From Lytechinus pictus (lineage: Eukaryota), in the NCBI RefSeq assembly GCF_037042905.1, contig NC_087254.1:20026001-20090000 (forward strand): DNA of 64,000 nucleotides, given 5' to 3'. The translations under genes and the position numbers were made by a program. The notes under the pieces were generated by a model. That model saw only the letters and a program-made list of their open reading frames with translations, was not told the DNA's origin and made no database searches. Below are positions 33,015-47,226 of this stretch, in pieces (position 1 is the first letter of the stretch; every line of letters starts with the position of its first letter).

Positions 33015-34770
33015 TGTTGCAAAGTAAAGCAGTAGTAGTCTCAGTTTATGTTCATGCGAACAGTGTTATCATATAGTAATGTGATTGATTTTAAAAGAAT
33101 ATGTTTGGGTGTGTGTGTTTGTGTCTAGTGAAGCCCACCAAAAAAAATGCACTCGTTTATAATGAGTGCTGAATGTATACAACACTAAAATGTTCAGCGA
33201 ACCCAGAGAAACCGTCTTTATTGGATGTAATATTTCATCACCTGACTTCACAATGAAACATAGATCTAAAACATGGCAGAACTTTTGAACACTTTTTCTG
33301 ATGGAGTCCACTAAGTTATTCGGTATGACGTCTGTGGAATTGCCTGATACAGTTGTATGACTTGAAACGTTTCTCTTCAGGGTTGTAATCAAGTCATAAC
33401 TCATACCTAGTGACTCGACTGACTTATCTCGACTTGACTTCTAAAGAGACTCTGCTCAATAATATTTACAATCCTGTTTCTCGTAATGTATTAAGATTTT
33501 ATGCCTTCATGCAATTAACACAGAGGTTGATGTTGTTAACCCGTGCTGAAAACAATGTTACGTTTAAGAATAATAGGAGGATGTATATTTATTTACGAAT
33601 AGATTTACGAATAATAGATTTATTCCCCTATTGCTCAAATTGCATTGGTCTCTTTATAATATCAAACTTGAACAAAATCGTTAGCTTAAACGGGAATAAA
33701 ATTTTGATTTTTTTTTCGAAAATGTTTAAGTTGGATGGAAGGTGAACCTTAAGATCATGTTGAAGGAAACAATGAATTAACGAGTACAGGAATCTATAAA
33801 GTGCTGGGATTTTAACATTTGCAGTCCCACTGGGGTGTGCTTTGTACTGTTATCTTTGAATCTTTACTGGAAAAAGTACAGCGATCCACTGTAATTTGAT
33901 CATATTCTCTGGTGATATTACCAATTTCATTTTAAAGTGCAGTGTATACATTTTGATAGAATTAGCTCTCAATATTGCTACTATACACGTCATCGATTTA
34001 AAACATCGGTGTTGAGGGATGAATAAAATCACCATGGGATAAACATTTGGAATAATATCCCTTGTGTGACATGAAATAAGAACTATGCTGCCTGGATAAG
34101 ATTAATCTAATCAATGGTGGATGTTGTTGAAAATATCTTGTGATGGGATTAATCCGTTTCTTTAAATGTTGTCATTGTCGACAAAGAAAATGTTGCTTGA
34201 TAAAAAACAATGTTTTAATTGACAACCAGCAGTCAAATTCAATGATCTTTTTTTCTTTCAAATACAAAAAAGGAGAGAGAGAGAGGGGGAGAGGGGGAGG
34301 GGGGGGGGGAGAAGGGGGAGGGGGAGAGAAAGAGACAGACAGACGGCGATAAATGTGGAGCTTATCAGTGAGAAAAGGTGTATACATAGATTTGTTTTCA
34401 CGTTTGGTATATATGAATAGGATTTGAAAAGAGCTCTGAAATATCAATGTAGATAATTACATCCAGTAGCGTAATAAGCCATCAATTTTTAGGAGACTAA
34501 ACATATTGCATGGGGTGTAACATATGTAAACAGAAGCGAGCTAGCGAAGCGAGCAAGTCATTTTTTGACATATTTAAGTCTGAAAGCTAATATTGAGATA
34601 GAAAACAATATATCTCATCCTTTATCCTTCCCTTTTATTTCCTTTTATCCCTGTTTTTTTTTCTTTGCTGTGGAGCTTATTTTTTTTAAATTTATTTCTA
34701 TTCTTATCTTTAGGTTCATGTTAGTACTATTATTATTGTTGGTATTTATTCATTTATTTATTTTTTTTTT

Positions 34771-34990
34771 TTCAAATTCAAATTCAAATTCAAATTCAAA
34801 TTCATTTATTTCACATCTCTAAAAAACATACAAGATACAATATATCGAGATCAATCAAAATGATTCCATAGTAAAGGAATAATAAATATTGTAAAATGAC
34901 AAATTAACAAAAATAACAAAATACATAGGGTAATGAATGCGATGTGGGGGAATAGCAAAAGCCAAATAGACCTATCTAGGCTACTTTCTG
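34771..34990 (-). mobile_element. LINE 3'-end stub with (TTTGAA)n tail
   Basis: Plus strand (ttcaaa)5 followed by tttatt (AATAAA on minus strand). Confidence 0.5.
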
Positions 34991-35161
34991 ATTAACATTC
35001 ATTACCGAAAAAAGACCATCCTGGTCCGCGCTCGCATTGTTTAGCGAGACCGGTACGTATCAAGATTACAAAAAATTGATTATAATGTCCCTTTTTAGGT
35101 CTGAATATCAAAAATTTTAAGCTCCCGCTTCGCGATCGCATTAAATTTATCATTTATTTAA

Positions 35162-36097
35162 GGACGTTCCACAGTTAAAGTGAAATCCATGTAATTTTCA
35201 CCAAACTTTGCACATAGATACTTTAGAACCTTAATATTCGAAATATGCAAAAATTAACATAGGTCCATGTGCTTGATTTTTTGCTATAGAGCTTCAAAGT
35301 TCATCCAAATTGATGTTCTTAAGAATTGCGCATTCAAAAGAATTTGGCATTTTTAGACCGCCCAAAATTACTACAATGACTTTAAACCTCCATTACTCAG
35401 TCAAAATACATGAAAAAGTCATCAAATTTCGCAAGAGAGTTAATAATTGTATCGTTAGAATGGAGAATCTATTAATAGTGCTATTTGTTTGCAATTTTAA
35501 GTTTAACAGCACTGTCAGTTCTTAAAAATGGCGTAAAAGATAACAAAATCCCAATCTAAAAAATGTAAAATTTCAGTAACAAACTACAAACGTACAATAA
35601 ATGCTGCACTTTATTCAAAATTCATGTCATTTTCACCAAAATTTGCAGAGTTGTAGAGGAAGGTATACCTAAGAGGTACAAACATTAAAAAATAGGGGTT
35701 CATGTGCTGGTTTTTAAACTATCAGCATTTTTATTAGAGCAAATGTGCTTTTTAAAACACCAAAAATGGGCCGAATGCTTAGTATCTATGTGAAGAAAAA
35801 ATCAAAACCACTCTACCATTTATTCAAACTCGGGGTAATATTCGTGATTCTTGGCAGCACTGCAGAGTAAAGTATTTTGAAATTGTAGAGAATATTTTTT
35901 TGAATGGTCCATGGGATAATTCAATTTTTTAGCTTCATGAAATAACGCATCGGATCTGCAGTTAAAGTGCAGAAGATGAGAAAAATCAGCTCATACCCGC
36001 AGCTAATTAATCACCTGTTCATCCATTGTGACGTCGGCGCGCAGAGTGTAAACTATGCGCAGATCATAATGCGCACAAATATAACTGTGGAACGTCC
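35162..36097. mobile_element. Kolobok-like non-autonomous DNA transposon
   Basis: Perfect 16-bp TIR ggacgttccacagtta / taactgtggaacgtcc with TTAA TSDs (35158-61, 36098-101). Confidence 0.85.
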
Positions 36098-36137
36098 TTA
36101 ATTTGCATTATAATTTTTTTTTTTGGGGGGGGAGGGG

Positions 36138-39100
36138 TGTTACACCCACAAATGTAATAATCGCCCACAAATGTAATAACGCCCACAAATGTAATAACAC
36201 TTTACCCACAAATGTAATAACGCCCACAAATGTAATAACACTTTACCCACAAATGTAATAACGCCCACAAATGTAATAACACTTTACCCACAAATGTAAT
36301 AATTTTGATCGCCCACAAATGTAATAATGACTTTACCCACAAATGTAATAAATTTGAAGGGATTTTTGGCGAATCCGTTCTAAACTGAAATCCTATAGTA
36401 ATACGTTCATATAGCACAGAAGTGCAAAGTCTTTTTTTCCAGACCCGGTTAATAAGGAAAGTATAATATAATCCAAAGTCTTTTCTTCCAGACCCGGTTG
36501 TTTCAATAATTATAATATAAGTTCAAAGTCTTTTTTCCAGACCAAGTTGTTAAAAAAATTATAATATAAGTCCAAAGTCTTTTTTTCCAGACCCGGTTGT
36601 TTCACAAATTATAATATAAGTTCAAAGTCTTTTTTCCAGACCTGGTTGTTTAAAAAATTATAATATAAGTCCAAAGTCTTTTTTCCAGACCCGGTTGTTT
36701 CAAAAATTATAATATTAGTCCAAAGTCTTTTTCCAGACCCGGTTGTTTCAAAAATTATAATATAAGTTCAAAGTCTTTTTTCCAGACCCGGTTGTTTAAA
36801 AAAAAATATAATGTAAGTCCAAAGTCTTTTTTCCAGACGCGGTTATTTCAAAAATTATAATATAAGTCCAAACTAAGATATGATAATGATATTCTAGTGG
36901 AATAATAATGAGAATCAAGCATGGTCTTTTTCCAGACCCAGTTAATTAAAACTGGTGGAATTAGTGTCTTTGTTGTTGTTTTCACTTATACGGCGCATAT
37001 TGTGAATATATGCGCTAAGAGTAAATTGAGAATCAAGCATAGTCTTTTCTCCAGACCCAGTAACTAAAAACTAAAACCCTATAGTAATGTGTTCGTATAG
37101 CACAAATGTGCAAAGTCTTTTTCCAGACCCGGTTAATTAAAAAATTATTATAAGTCCAATGTCTTTTTTCCAGACCCGGTTGTTTCAAAAATTATACTGT
37201 AAGTTCAAAGTTTAAAGTTTCGCTTAATTTGTATTTTTCAGAGAACTCGTTGTGGGGTACAGACAACACTCTAAACCCAAGCATTTTAACTGGGCTTAAT
37301 TTTGAAATTTGGTCTTAGTTTTTTTTTTCAATATTTCTTTATTTTTTAAATAACCGGGTCTAGACGAAAGACTAAGCATAATACTCGTGTTATTCCACAG
37401 GAATAAGAATATGACAAAGTCTTGTGTTTTTAAGACTGTTTGAATTAATTTTTAAATGACTGGGTCTGGAATAAAGACAACGCTCTAAACATGTGCTTTT
37501 CTACATGTTCTTAATTTGGAGGATTGTTGGTTCTTAGATTCGTTGTTGGGGTTGGGTTTTATTGCTTTTTTATTCTTGAAATAACTGTGTCTGGAGGAAA
37601 ATCTACAATCGATCGTCATGTTATTCCACAGTAATTAGATTATTGGGTATTCGTTTTAGAATATTTGTAAAAACTATCTTTTTTTTTCAAATAATAACCA
37701 AGTCTGGAGAAAGGATGTTTGCTTTACCCATGCGTTATTACAATGTTTTGTAGGGGTCTTAGTATTATTTAAAAAAAAACTGGCCTGGGTGCGGAGTAAA
37801 TACATATTTTTACACCCAGTAAGGGTGTAACTTTTGAAGATTGGTCTTAGATTTGAACTGTTGAAGTTTTGTTAATTCATTTTTTTTAATAACCGGGTCT
37901 GGAGAAAAGAGTACGTTTTAAAACTCGTGTTATTCCAGAAAAATTAGAATATGATATAGTCTTACGTTAGAAGATTTTTTTTGGGGTAATTTTTTTTAAT
38001 GATTAGGTCTGGAATAAAGACAATGCTCTAAACCTCTTTTTAAAACAGGTTCTTAGGTTGAAGGATTGTTTGGTCTTAGATTTGGAATTTTCTTATTATT
38101 ACTGTTAGCGTTATTTTGAAAAAAAAATAACTTGGTCTGGCTGAAAGACTATGCTATATGTCCATGTTATCCAGCATTAATAAGATTATGGGGTCTTTAG
38201 ACTGTTTTGTTGTTGTTGTATTGTTATTTATAATTTTCGAATAACAGGGTTTGGAGAAAAGACTAAGCTCGATTTTTATTTTTATTCCACTGGAATATCA
38301 TTATGGTAACTTAGTTTGAACTTATATTATAATTTTTGAAATAACTGGGTCTGGAAAAAAGACTTTGGTCTTATGTTGTAATGTTTGAAACAACCGGTCT
38401 GGAAAAAGACTTTGGACTTAAATTATAATTTTTGAAACAACCGGGTCTTGAAAAAAGACTTAATTTAGACTTATGTCATAAATATTTAATCAACCAGGTC
38501 TGGAAAAAAGACTTTGCACTTTTGTGCTATATGAACACATTACTATAAGGATTTAGTTTTTAGTTTTAGGTAACCGGGTGTGAAGAAAGACTACGCTTGA
38601 TTCTCAATTTACTCTTAGCGCATATATTCACAATACGCACCATGTAAGTTCAAACAAGAACAAAGACATTAATTCCATCAGTTTTAATTAACTGGGTCTG
38701 GAGAAAAGACTAAGCTCGATTCTCATTTTCATTCCACTGGAATATCATTATCGTATCCTAGTTTGGATTTATTTTATATTTTTTCAATAACCGTGTCTGG
38801 AAAAAAAAAGACTTTCGACTTATATTATAATTTTTTAAATAACCGGGTCTGGAAAAAAGAACTTAAATTATATTATAATTTTTGAATTAATCGGGTCTGG
38901 AAAAAAGACTTTGCACTTTTGTGCTATATGAACGCATTACTATAGGATTTTAGTTTAGAACGGATTCGCCAAAAATCCCTTCAAATTTATTACATTTGTG
39001 GGTAAAATCATTATTACATTTGTGGGCGATCAAAAATTATTACATTTGTGGGTAAAGTGTTATTACATTTGTGAGCGTTATTACATTTGTGGGTAAAGTG

Positions 39101-39159
39101 TTATTACATTTGTGGGCGTTATTACATTTGTGGGCGTTATTACATTTGTGGGTGCAACA
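36138..39159. mobile_element. 3.0-kb foldback element with TGT...ACA termini (Ginger-like) built from minisatellites
   Basis: tgttacacccacaaatgtaataa / ttattacatttgtgggtgcaaca, gggg flanks; terminal arrays of cccacaaatgtaataa and subterminal ~50-bp repeats (aaagtcttttttccagacccggtt) in mirror orientation. Confidence 0.85.
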
Positions 39160-39768
39160 GGGGGGTGGGGTGGGCCATGTCCCAGAAGTCCCTTATCTAT
39201 ATACCCGTGGTTACACGACCCTATCTCTCATCCTATAATTCCCCCTTTCAACTCTCTTTATATCTATCATTTTGCAATATACATGATATAGGGTTGATTT
39301 AATGTTGGTTAAAGTTGCCTATAGGTTTGATTCACATTGTGATATTTGATAGATAAAAACATCAAAGGCCATTGTCACAATCATCATACTCATTGATTAT
39401 AATTTACAATGTAATCTATACAGTTCATCTAAGACAGTCATATTTGAAAAATACGGAGTTGTTAAAAGCTCTTTGTAATGATACCGAAAATTCATGTTTC
39501 AAACAGAGAGGGGTCGTCTTGGCATACGTCTTCCTTATAGAGATCCCGGCACCCCATCGAAGAGCATGAAGAGAATGCAGACAATTCTGCTCCCACAAGT
39601 AAGTGGCTTAGGTAGAATATGGATGCGGCTTATGATATAGAGTATCTAAACTAATTTTAGAATCTGGATGTAATGTCAGCTCATTGTGCCGCAAGCTGAT
39701 TCTTTTCAGGCCCACCTTCGAACTAGAGACAGGGTTTAACACAATGGCGTTGCTGATGTGTACGGGAC

Positions 39769-40217
39769 CGCATACATTCGTAATTCCGAAGCTTCGTTAT
39801 TCCGAAGGTTCGGATATTCCGAAGGTTCGTTATTCCGAAGGTTCGTATTTCCGAAGGTTCGTAATTCCGAAGGTTCGTTAATCCGAAAACGAAATGAGGT
39901 TCGTAGTTCCGAAGGTTCGTTAGTCCGAAAACGAAATGATTAACGAACCTTATTTCGTTTTCGGACTAACGAACCTTCGGAACAACGAACCTTATTTCGT
40001 TTTCGGATTAACGAACCTTCGGAACATCGAACCTTATTTCGTTTTCGGATTATCGAACCTTCGGAATAACGAACCTTCGGAATAACGCCACAAATGTTCG
40101 GATTAACGAACCTTTTTACGTTTTCGGATTAACGAACATGGAGGTATAGGCAATTTACGTGTTTCGGAATTACGAACCTTCGGAATAAAGAACCTTCGGA
40201 ATTACGAAGTGTAACCG
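39769..40217. mobile_element. MITE built of 16-17-bp ttcgtWattccgaagg repeats in inverted arrays
   Basis: Perfect 8-bp TSD tacgggac (39761-68, 40218-25); right end ttacgaagtgtaaccg. Confidence 0.85.
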
Positions 40218-40519
40218 TACGGGACACCCCTCAACGAATTATACAGGAATGGACTTGTATAAGGAAGTTGATTATTTTCATCAACTGTGTATAATCCAAT
40301 TCAAGAACTTACAAATATCAGTGATGTGGGTATTTTTATACTGGCGAGCGTAGCGACCGAGCAGGAAAATGGGTTATTTATCAACGCTAAACCTTGGCAT
40401 GTTGAACCCACAACGCGTTATGTATTAGGGCGTTGTATAGAGTGAAGCCAGGTAGTAGACCGGCCAAAGGGTAAAAAAGGCTCTAGATAAGGATTTAGGA
40501 TAAGGAGCTTTACAGAAAC

Positions 40520-40683
40520 GGACAGTGCTCACTCAAGTGTAACATTCTGTCAAAACTTTTACTTTCATTGGATAGATAAGACCCAAACCCAAGATTATAT
40601 GTGAAAAAATTACCCATATGTTGTATATTTTTTAATTCCCAGGGCTTTTACAAAGTGTAAACTTTTTTTTGATACGCACTGTA
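40520..40683. mobile_element. One end of a Tc1/mariner-like MITE
   Basis: Ends ...aaagtgtaaacttttttttgatacgcactgTA (CAGTG/TA terminus); partner end not found. Confidence 0.45.
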
Positions 40684-41471
40684 TATATCGTAGTCTAAGA
40701 CGGAGTCTGGACAGCCCTTTAGATTTGTTTGTCATAATGCATGGTCGTACGACTGCATTTTCCACACGGCAATACATGTGATGAAATGAGCTTTGAAAAA
40801 AAAAGAATTAAGAATTTAAATGTGAACTTTAAGAACCTACTCTTTGGGTATTTCAAACATCGTTCTCCGCAGATGAAAACTCTTAACTCATGCAAGATCG
40901 GTCTATATCGATCTGTTTATAATTTCTGGTCTAATGAACTGTTCAATTAAAGAGACCGTAGTTGCATGAAACAATGCCTTCTACATTCTAGAATTAGGAA
41001 AATGAGCTACGGACACTGACGTAAGCTTTTCGATGGAAGATGCATGGAAGTGAGGGGGAAGGGGAAACTTGCCCCAAAATTCAAGAAAAGCATAGAACAA
41101 CAGAAAGAAAAGAATGGAAAGCGTCTTGGGGAGGGGGTCAGCGGCTTGTCTCGCTTGTCGATTTCGCTTCTCCAGCCCTCTTTGGTTACCTCGCTTAATA
41201 TAAGGTAGACGGCTTGCTTATTTTCTAAAATATTATATTAGCCCTTTTCTTGATTGCTTCCTAATATCTGAACTCCAATATAAGGGCCTTGCTAATGTAA
41301 CATTACAAACTAGAGAGAAATTTGTATTTTCTATTTATTTATTTATTTATTTGTTATGACCTCAATCGAGTGTAAATATTGTAATTTAAAACATTGATTT
41401 TTTTAATAAACACAAATTCTGCCCAAAATTAAGGGTTTTGTTTAACAGACTCGTTCACTCAGCTCGCTCAC

Positions 41472-42545
41472 CAGCAGCGTAGCTAGGATTTTGTCAGAAG
41501 AGGAGCACGGGGGCGGGGCTTGGTATTTTGCAGGGGGTACCAAAATAGATTCATTTATCAATTTATTTATTATTAGCTTTATTCTCACAAGCACGATTAA
41601 GTATCTGACAAGGCCTAATTGAATAATGCGAGCGTGAAGCGCAAGCAGTTTTTTTGTATATGCCATAAAATTAAGAGCTGAAAGTTACAAAGTTAAACAA
41701 TTCGTAAGTGTAATCATTAACATGATTCGTATCTAATTATAATGTTAAAATTTCAGAAACATTTAATATTCTGACATGAAAACGGAGCATTTAATACATA
41801 TTTTTAAATAACTAAACTATTGATGCGAGCGCGAAACGCAATCTGTTTTTTTTTATATTCCAATCCGTAAACTGGACATTCTATAATGACGTTTTGAAAT
41901 AAAGAATGCTATGTAAAAAAAGCTGTTTTTTTATTAGAAAAGAAACATTCTAAGGCGCGATAGCTCAATCGGTATTCCGGTGACCAGGGTTCGATTCCCA
42001 CTTGTTACGCTAGTGCCAAGTAAGGCATTTAAATGCCTTACTAGTAATGGGAGTAAGGCATTTAAATCCTCATTATAGGTCCCTCGGAGAGTACCTTAAG
42101 CCGTCGGTCCTCTGGTTGCTTGCTAAGAAGCGTTCATGCTTTCTTAGCAAATGAGGTAAAATAAAAATCACCAAATCATAAACAATATCAATATTTAATT
42201 AGAGGAATTGATGCGAGCGCGAAGCGGGAGCAGAAAATTTCGAATTAAACAAAGTATTTATGTTTTTAATGTAGAAAAGGATATATATCTTACTAAACAA
42301 AACAAATTAGCCTAAAGCGCGAGCTAAAATTGGGAGAGATAAAGAGCTAAAAATTGGATATACAGTATGCACATTTATTTAATAATGGACTGGATGCGTA
42401 TTTAACTAAACAATGTGAGCGCGAAGGGCGAACTAAATTTTTTGATTTTCTAAGAAGTTGACATTTCAAGCATGTTTTACAGATAGAAATTTGTTTATCT
42501 CATTTATTTAAAAAGATGACAGCGCGAAGCTCGAGTCGAAAATTT
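41472..42545. mobile_element. Degenerate hAT-like element with GCGAGCGCGAAGCGCGAGC motifs
   Basis: Starts cagcagcgtagctagg; motif copies near 41628, 41825, 42213, 42416, 42521; right end not resolved. Confidence 0.5.
41954..42167 (+). mobile_element. Degenerate tRNA-derived SINE (different family), inserted in the element above
   Basis: ggcgcgatagctcaatcgg (A box), gggttcgattccc (B box), A-rich tail. Confidence 0.65.
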
Positions 42546-43521
42546 ATTTAGCATCTTCTTGTAATCCTGAGTAGGGTATAAAAAACTTGCAACTATTGAT
42601 AGTGTTCACAAAATTTTATTTCGAGTAAATCACGGTTTATGTTTCGTAGTGCCATACGTACATGTGTGTGTAATATTCAAATTTGAAATGTATATATTTA
42701 GTAGACTTATAATTTGAAACTCCAAATCAAAATGATCGCATATCAAAGGATATCAAAACCTTTTACAAATTCCGTCAAAATATCAAAATGCGCGATTTTC
42801 TACATTATTTCAGATTTTACGCTAAAAATTACACTTTTACGCAAAAGTGCACTTGATATCTGCCCGTACGTTATTCTTCAGTATTTCCGCAAGACTTTAT
42901 GCTGGGATTCTAAGAATTGACGAATTTTGCTATCCAAAGTAGAAAAAAATCGTTTTGGCCGGTCTACTATAAAGTTTATATTTTGCATTCAAGGGGGGGG
43001 GGGGGGGTATGAAAATTGTTATTTTTAGTAATAACAAAGCAATGGAAGACCAGTACATTTTCTTGAATTTCGAAGAACTGGGGTATATGGCACTAATTTG
43101 AAGTTGGCTCGATGATTTTCAAACTGTTTTTCCGCCGATGTGTTTCCTCATCCCTGTCAAAATTCCATACTGTCGCCCCTGCATATTATTATTTTCTTCC
43201 AGATTTCTTCTCTTTCGTCAGTTACTCTCTGTTACCATGGAGATGCGGCAATTTATATGTAGCATAAAGCCCTCCATCCATTATTCATAGGTTATGAAAA
43301 TATTTGGCGGTTTTCAACCGATAACATATTTTTTTTCGTAGTACAAGTTAATCCCTTAGAAGATTGCATATCTTAATCCATGAGAATTGTTGTTAACAAG
43401 AAGGTGAAATATACGCTGTGGCTGCAAGTATCTAGCACTAGACTAACGCTGTTGTTGTTATACTTCTACTATTATACTGCTACTAACTACTACTACAAGT
43501 AAAGCAACAACAACAACAGCT

Positions 43522-43814
43522 NNNNNNNNNNNNNNNNNNNNNNNNNNNNNNNNNNNNNNNNNNNNNNNNNNNNNNNNNNNNNNNNNNNNNNNNNNNNNNN
43601 NNNNNNNNNNNNNNNNNNNNNNNNNNNNNNNNNNNNNNNNNNNNNNNNNNNNNNNNNNNNNNNNNNNNNNNNNNNNNNNNNNNNNNNNNNNNNNNNNNNN
43701 NNNNNNNNNNNNNNNNNNNNNNNNNNNNNNNNNNNNNNNNNNNNNNNNNNNNNNNNNNNNNNNNNNNNNNNNNNNNNNNNNNNNNNNNNNNNNNNNNNNN
43801 NNNNNNNNNNNNNN
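43522..43814. other. Assembly gap (N run)
   Basis: N characters. Confidence 1.
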
Positions 43815-46453
43815 TACTATTTAGGAATACCTGGAATACGGCAATCAACTATTAACTTTCATAATCCATATTGTAATCACATTCTTAGTCAAGTTAAGTT
43901 GAATTGAAATAAAATTATAATCTCTGTTATGCGTAAGTCTTCATCATACTGAAGATCCTCAATATTTGGGGTACTGGAGTCATATTTTTTCCCTCAAGAA
44001 CATCAAGTTAAATTTTTAAACCATAAAAGTATATCATTTTGTTAGTCGATCGTGAACTCATGTGGGACATTGTGAACAACATTTTAAGGGAGAAACAAAC
44101 CTTCACCGTAAAATAATGCCGTAATTTTTACGGGGACATTTTCCGACCCAATTTTACATTAACGATAACTGAAGATTAATTTTACGAAAGACCCAATTAA
44201 ACGGTAAAAATAATGCAAGAGCCCCTGATTCTAAACAGTGTTACGGTAGAAAGTTTTGCAGCAAATGGTCAGAAATTTACCCTAATTGTTTTAATGGTAA
44301 AATTCATGACAACTTGCTTTCTACTGTATAACCAATGAGCTTCAACACATGTGTTTGAACTGAGAAAGAAGTGCTGGGCTTTAACATTATGTTCACTGTT
44401 AAATTCGATTGGTCGTTTGCAATTTTTACGTTTGATTTCACTGTAGAATTTGGAGAAGAAAAAAATGAATATTGTGCAGTGTGCAAGAGAATGATTCATA
44501 ATTCTACTGGGCATATTGAAGATAGAACAACAAGATCCAGTCGTGTCTTGGGTAAGGATCTAGGTTTTGTTTGATCGGTTATGTGTCTTTAAAGTGGAAG
44601 TGTTATAATGGCCTTAACATTTCCAATCAAACATGGAAAGCTAACGGTTACATGCATCAATATAATCATCTTTAATACTGATTTAACATATCAAAAGACA
44701 GAATAAACACCACTAACACAGCATTTCTTCAGAATCGCATCAAAACTTTATTGGGCAATTTGACAGTACCCCTCAAAATTAGCCGGCGTTTATCTGAAAC
44801 TGAATTCAAATAAGAAAAAAAAAGCAATATTCGTATACCATATTAAGAATGTGCCATAAGATGTGATCTAGGAAGGGGTTCAGTCACAATCCTGGTTTGA
44901 ACATCATTTCATTTTCTCTGACTAGTTTTGAAATATACAATGTAAACGCAGTTCTAAAACATACACAGACTGAGATGGATGTCTTATAAACATGATAAAG
45001 CTGTTCGTAAGATATGCAAGGCTAGTAAGGTAATGAGTCAATCATTTTGAGAAGTCCAAACATGGCGTATGGGGTAAACGAGCGAACAGAGCGAGGAAAT
45101 CTCCTTGATAAAAAAAAAAAAAAAAAAAAAAATCGATTTTCGTGATATAATTTTACATGATCTGCAGAAAAACAACATATTTAACTTTCTCCCCTTTTTT
45201 TCTGATATCTCTTCAGGTCGATAAACTTCCCCCATCTGTACGAAAATGTAGGCGACTGCAAAATGTCCGCCGGTAATCGATATGATTCTCTATCAATTTG
45301 ATTCCTCGGGAAAATGTGCCCCCTCCTCCTTTTGAAAAATCCTGGATCCGCTCCTGTTACTTATAAACCCCTCAAAAAGGTTTGGAAATCTGAGTTTGGC
45401 CATTAGTTTCTTTCAACTCCACCCAATTATACACAATTCTTATTTGATATCATTCAAGAGGTCATTTAATTCTCTTTGAAATGATATGCCATTACGAACA
45501 GAGCAGGATTCAAAAGTGTTGGATGAGGTCTGAATTGAAAAGCTGCAAAACGAGCAGAAATGGTCATGAAGGGTAAATAAAGAACATGATATACTTTTGT
45601 ATATATATGTCATTAAAGATGAAAATCCATTCAAACCAAGCCCCTGCTTCTTCGATTCATTTTTGATGTTTTGTTGTGGTTTATGTAGTGATGGTTCTGT
45701 GAGATAACATGGTTTGAGTCGTGGTTTAAGATACACATGCATGTTTGTTTGTGTGTGCAGAGGTGTGTTTGATTCCATGCTAATGTTGATGTTAAGGGGC
45801 ATAAAAACAAAAGAAACCGCTGAGAACTCACCCGTCACCACAGAAAAAAAGAACAGCGACTTTCAATATTGTGTCATATTGCACCTTTTGAATTTTGACC
45901 TTGCCCAACATTTCAAGGCACTGCACCTCCATGAGAACCATAATTATACCATAGGGCATCATTTTAAAGAAAATTAAATGATCTATTTATTGGTATCAAT
46001 CACACATTAATACTCACTATAACCGAGGAGGGATTATCGATCAAAGTCAGATTTCCAAACTTTATTTGAGGAGTCTATTATGGGGGGGACAGAAACAAAA
46101 TCTCATTTAGAACAAAACAGGTGCACAAATTCATAAAACACTCCCTTTTGATTTATTGTATGTCGCAGTCATACATGCACACGAAACTGACTCCAATCCG
46201 GAATCCAAATCGAACGATGATACTCCATTCAAAGTGTCGATTAGTGTGACTATGCTGTGTAATTTCCGTGAGCTTTATTTACGATTATAAAGTGAATACT
46301 CACACTCAACACGTATTGATTTGTTAAAATGCTGTCCAATTCTTTTCGTTTACAACTCCCAATAAACCGCCGAGAAAAAAAAACGTTTCACTGCGTCTTT
46401 CTTGCGTTTCATATGAATGTTTTCAGAACTGCGTTTCAGTATAGGGCATTCAA

Positions 46454-47226
46454 AGGGATACGCCGGGCTGGAAATAATCGTATCTAAATGAAAAGAGTAA
46501 AATTCAACTAGCAAAACACTGAAAATCTTATCAAAATCTGATAAGAAATAACGAAGAAATTGAAATTTAAGTTTAGCATATATTTTGTGAACAGTTATTA
46601 TGCACGCCGTCACGAATATTCACGAGATGGGCTGATGATTTCATGCCACACTTTCCCTTGTCTATGCTATTACACTCTAAAAAATTAAGTGTTAATTTAA
46701 CACTTAATGGGCTTGTATAGTGACTGCACTTTTGAGTGCTGATTTAGTCATTCAAATTTGAACTGGAATATCAGCACTCAAAGTGCAGTCACTATACAAG
46801 CCCATTAAGTGTTAAATTAGCACTTCAATTTTTAGAGTGTACAAGAATTCATGATTATTGAGGTTTTCATACAGTTCATAAGTGTATGATATGTCTCCCT
46901 TTGTAACACAATAAGTTGCAGCAATGAATATCTTACGCATAAATTCAGTCGTCAATCTAATATTTTTCATTCTTGGTGGACAAAATTAGAAAAAGTATAA
47001 TCTCATATGATAAAATACAAAATAATAAGTTCAGATATGACATCATCAGCTTACTCATTGTATATTCATGTGGACACGGATATAGAGCTATTTTAATACC
47101 GAAATAATACAATAATTAAAAAATCATAACTTTTTTCTTGTCCAATTTAATGAAATTGTCAGTGTTTGTTGTCGGATTTTTCCTCATCTGTTAATATCCT
47201 ATTATTTTCAACCTAGAGTGCCCGCT
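46454..47226. mobile_element. Older copy of the TTAA-type MITE family, with nested insertion
   Basis: Similar to 23252-23860 (gggctggaaat..gagtaaaattc..ctgaaaat..atcaaaatc; gacatcatcagc); ends ctttaa. Confidence 0.65.
46673..46839. mobile_element. 167-bp palindromic CACTC MITE
   Basis: cactctaaaaa...tttttagagtg with near-perfect ~70-bp arms, TA on both sides. Confidence 0.85.

Noticed and set aside
36138-40217. CRISPR-like repeat arrays
   Set aside because: Tandem units without unique spacers, in inverted arms of eukaryotic transposons; no cas genes.
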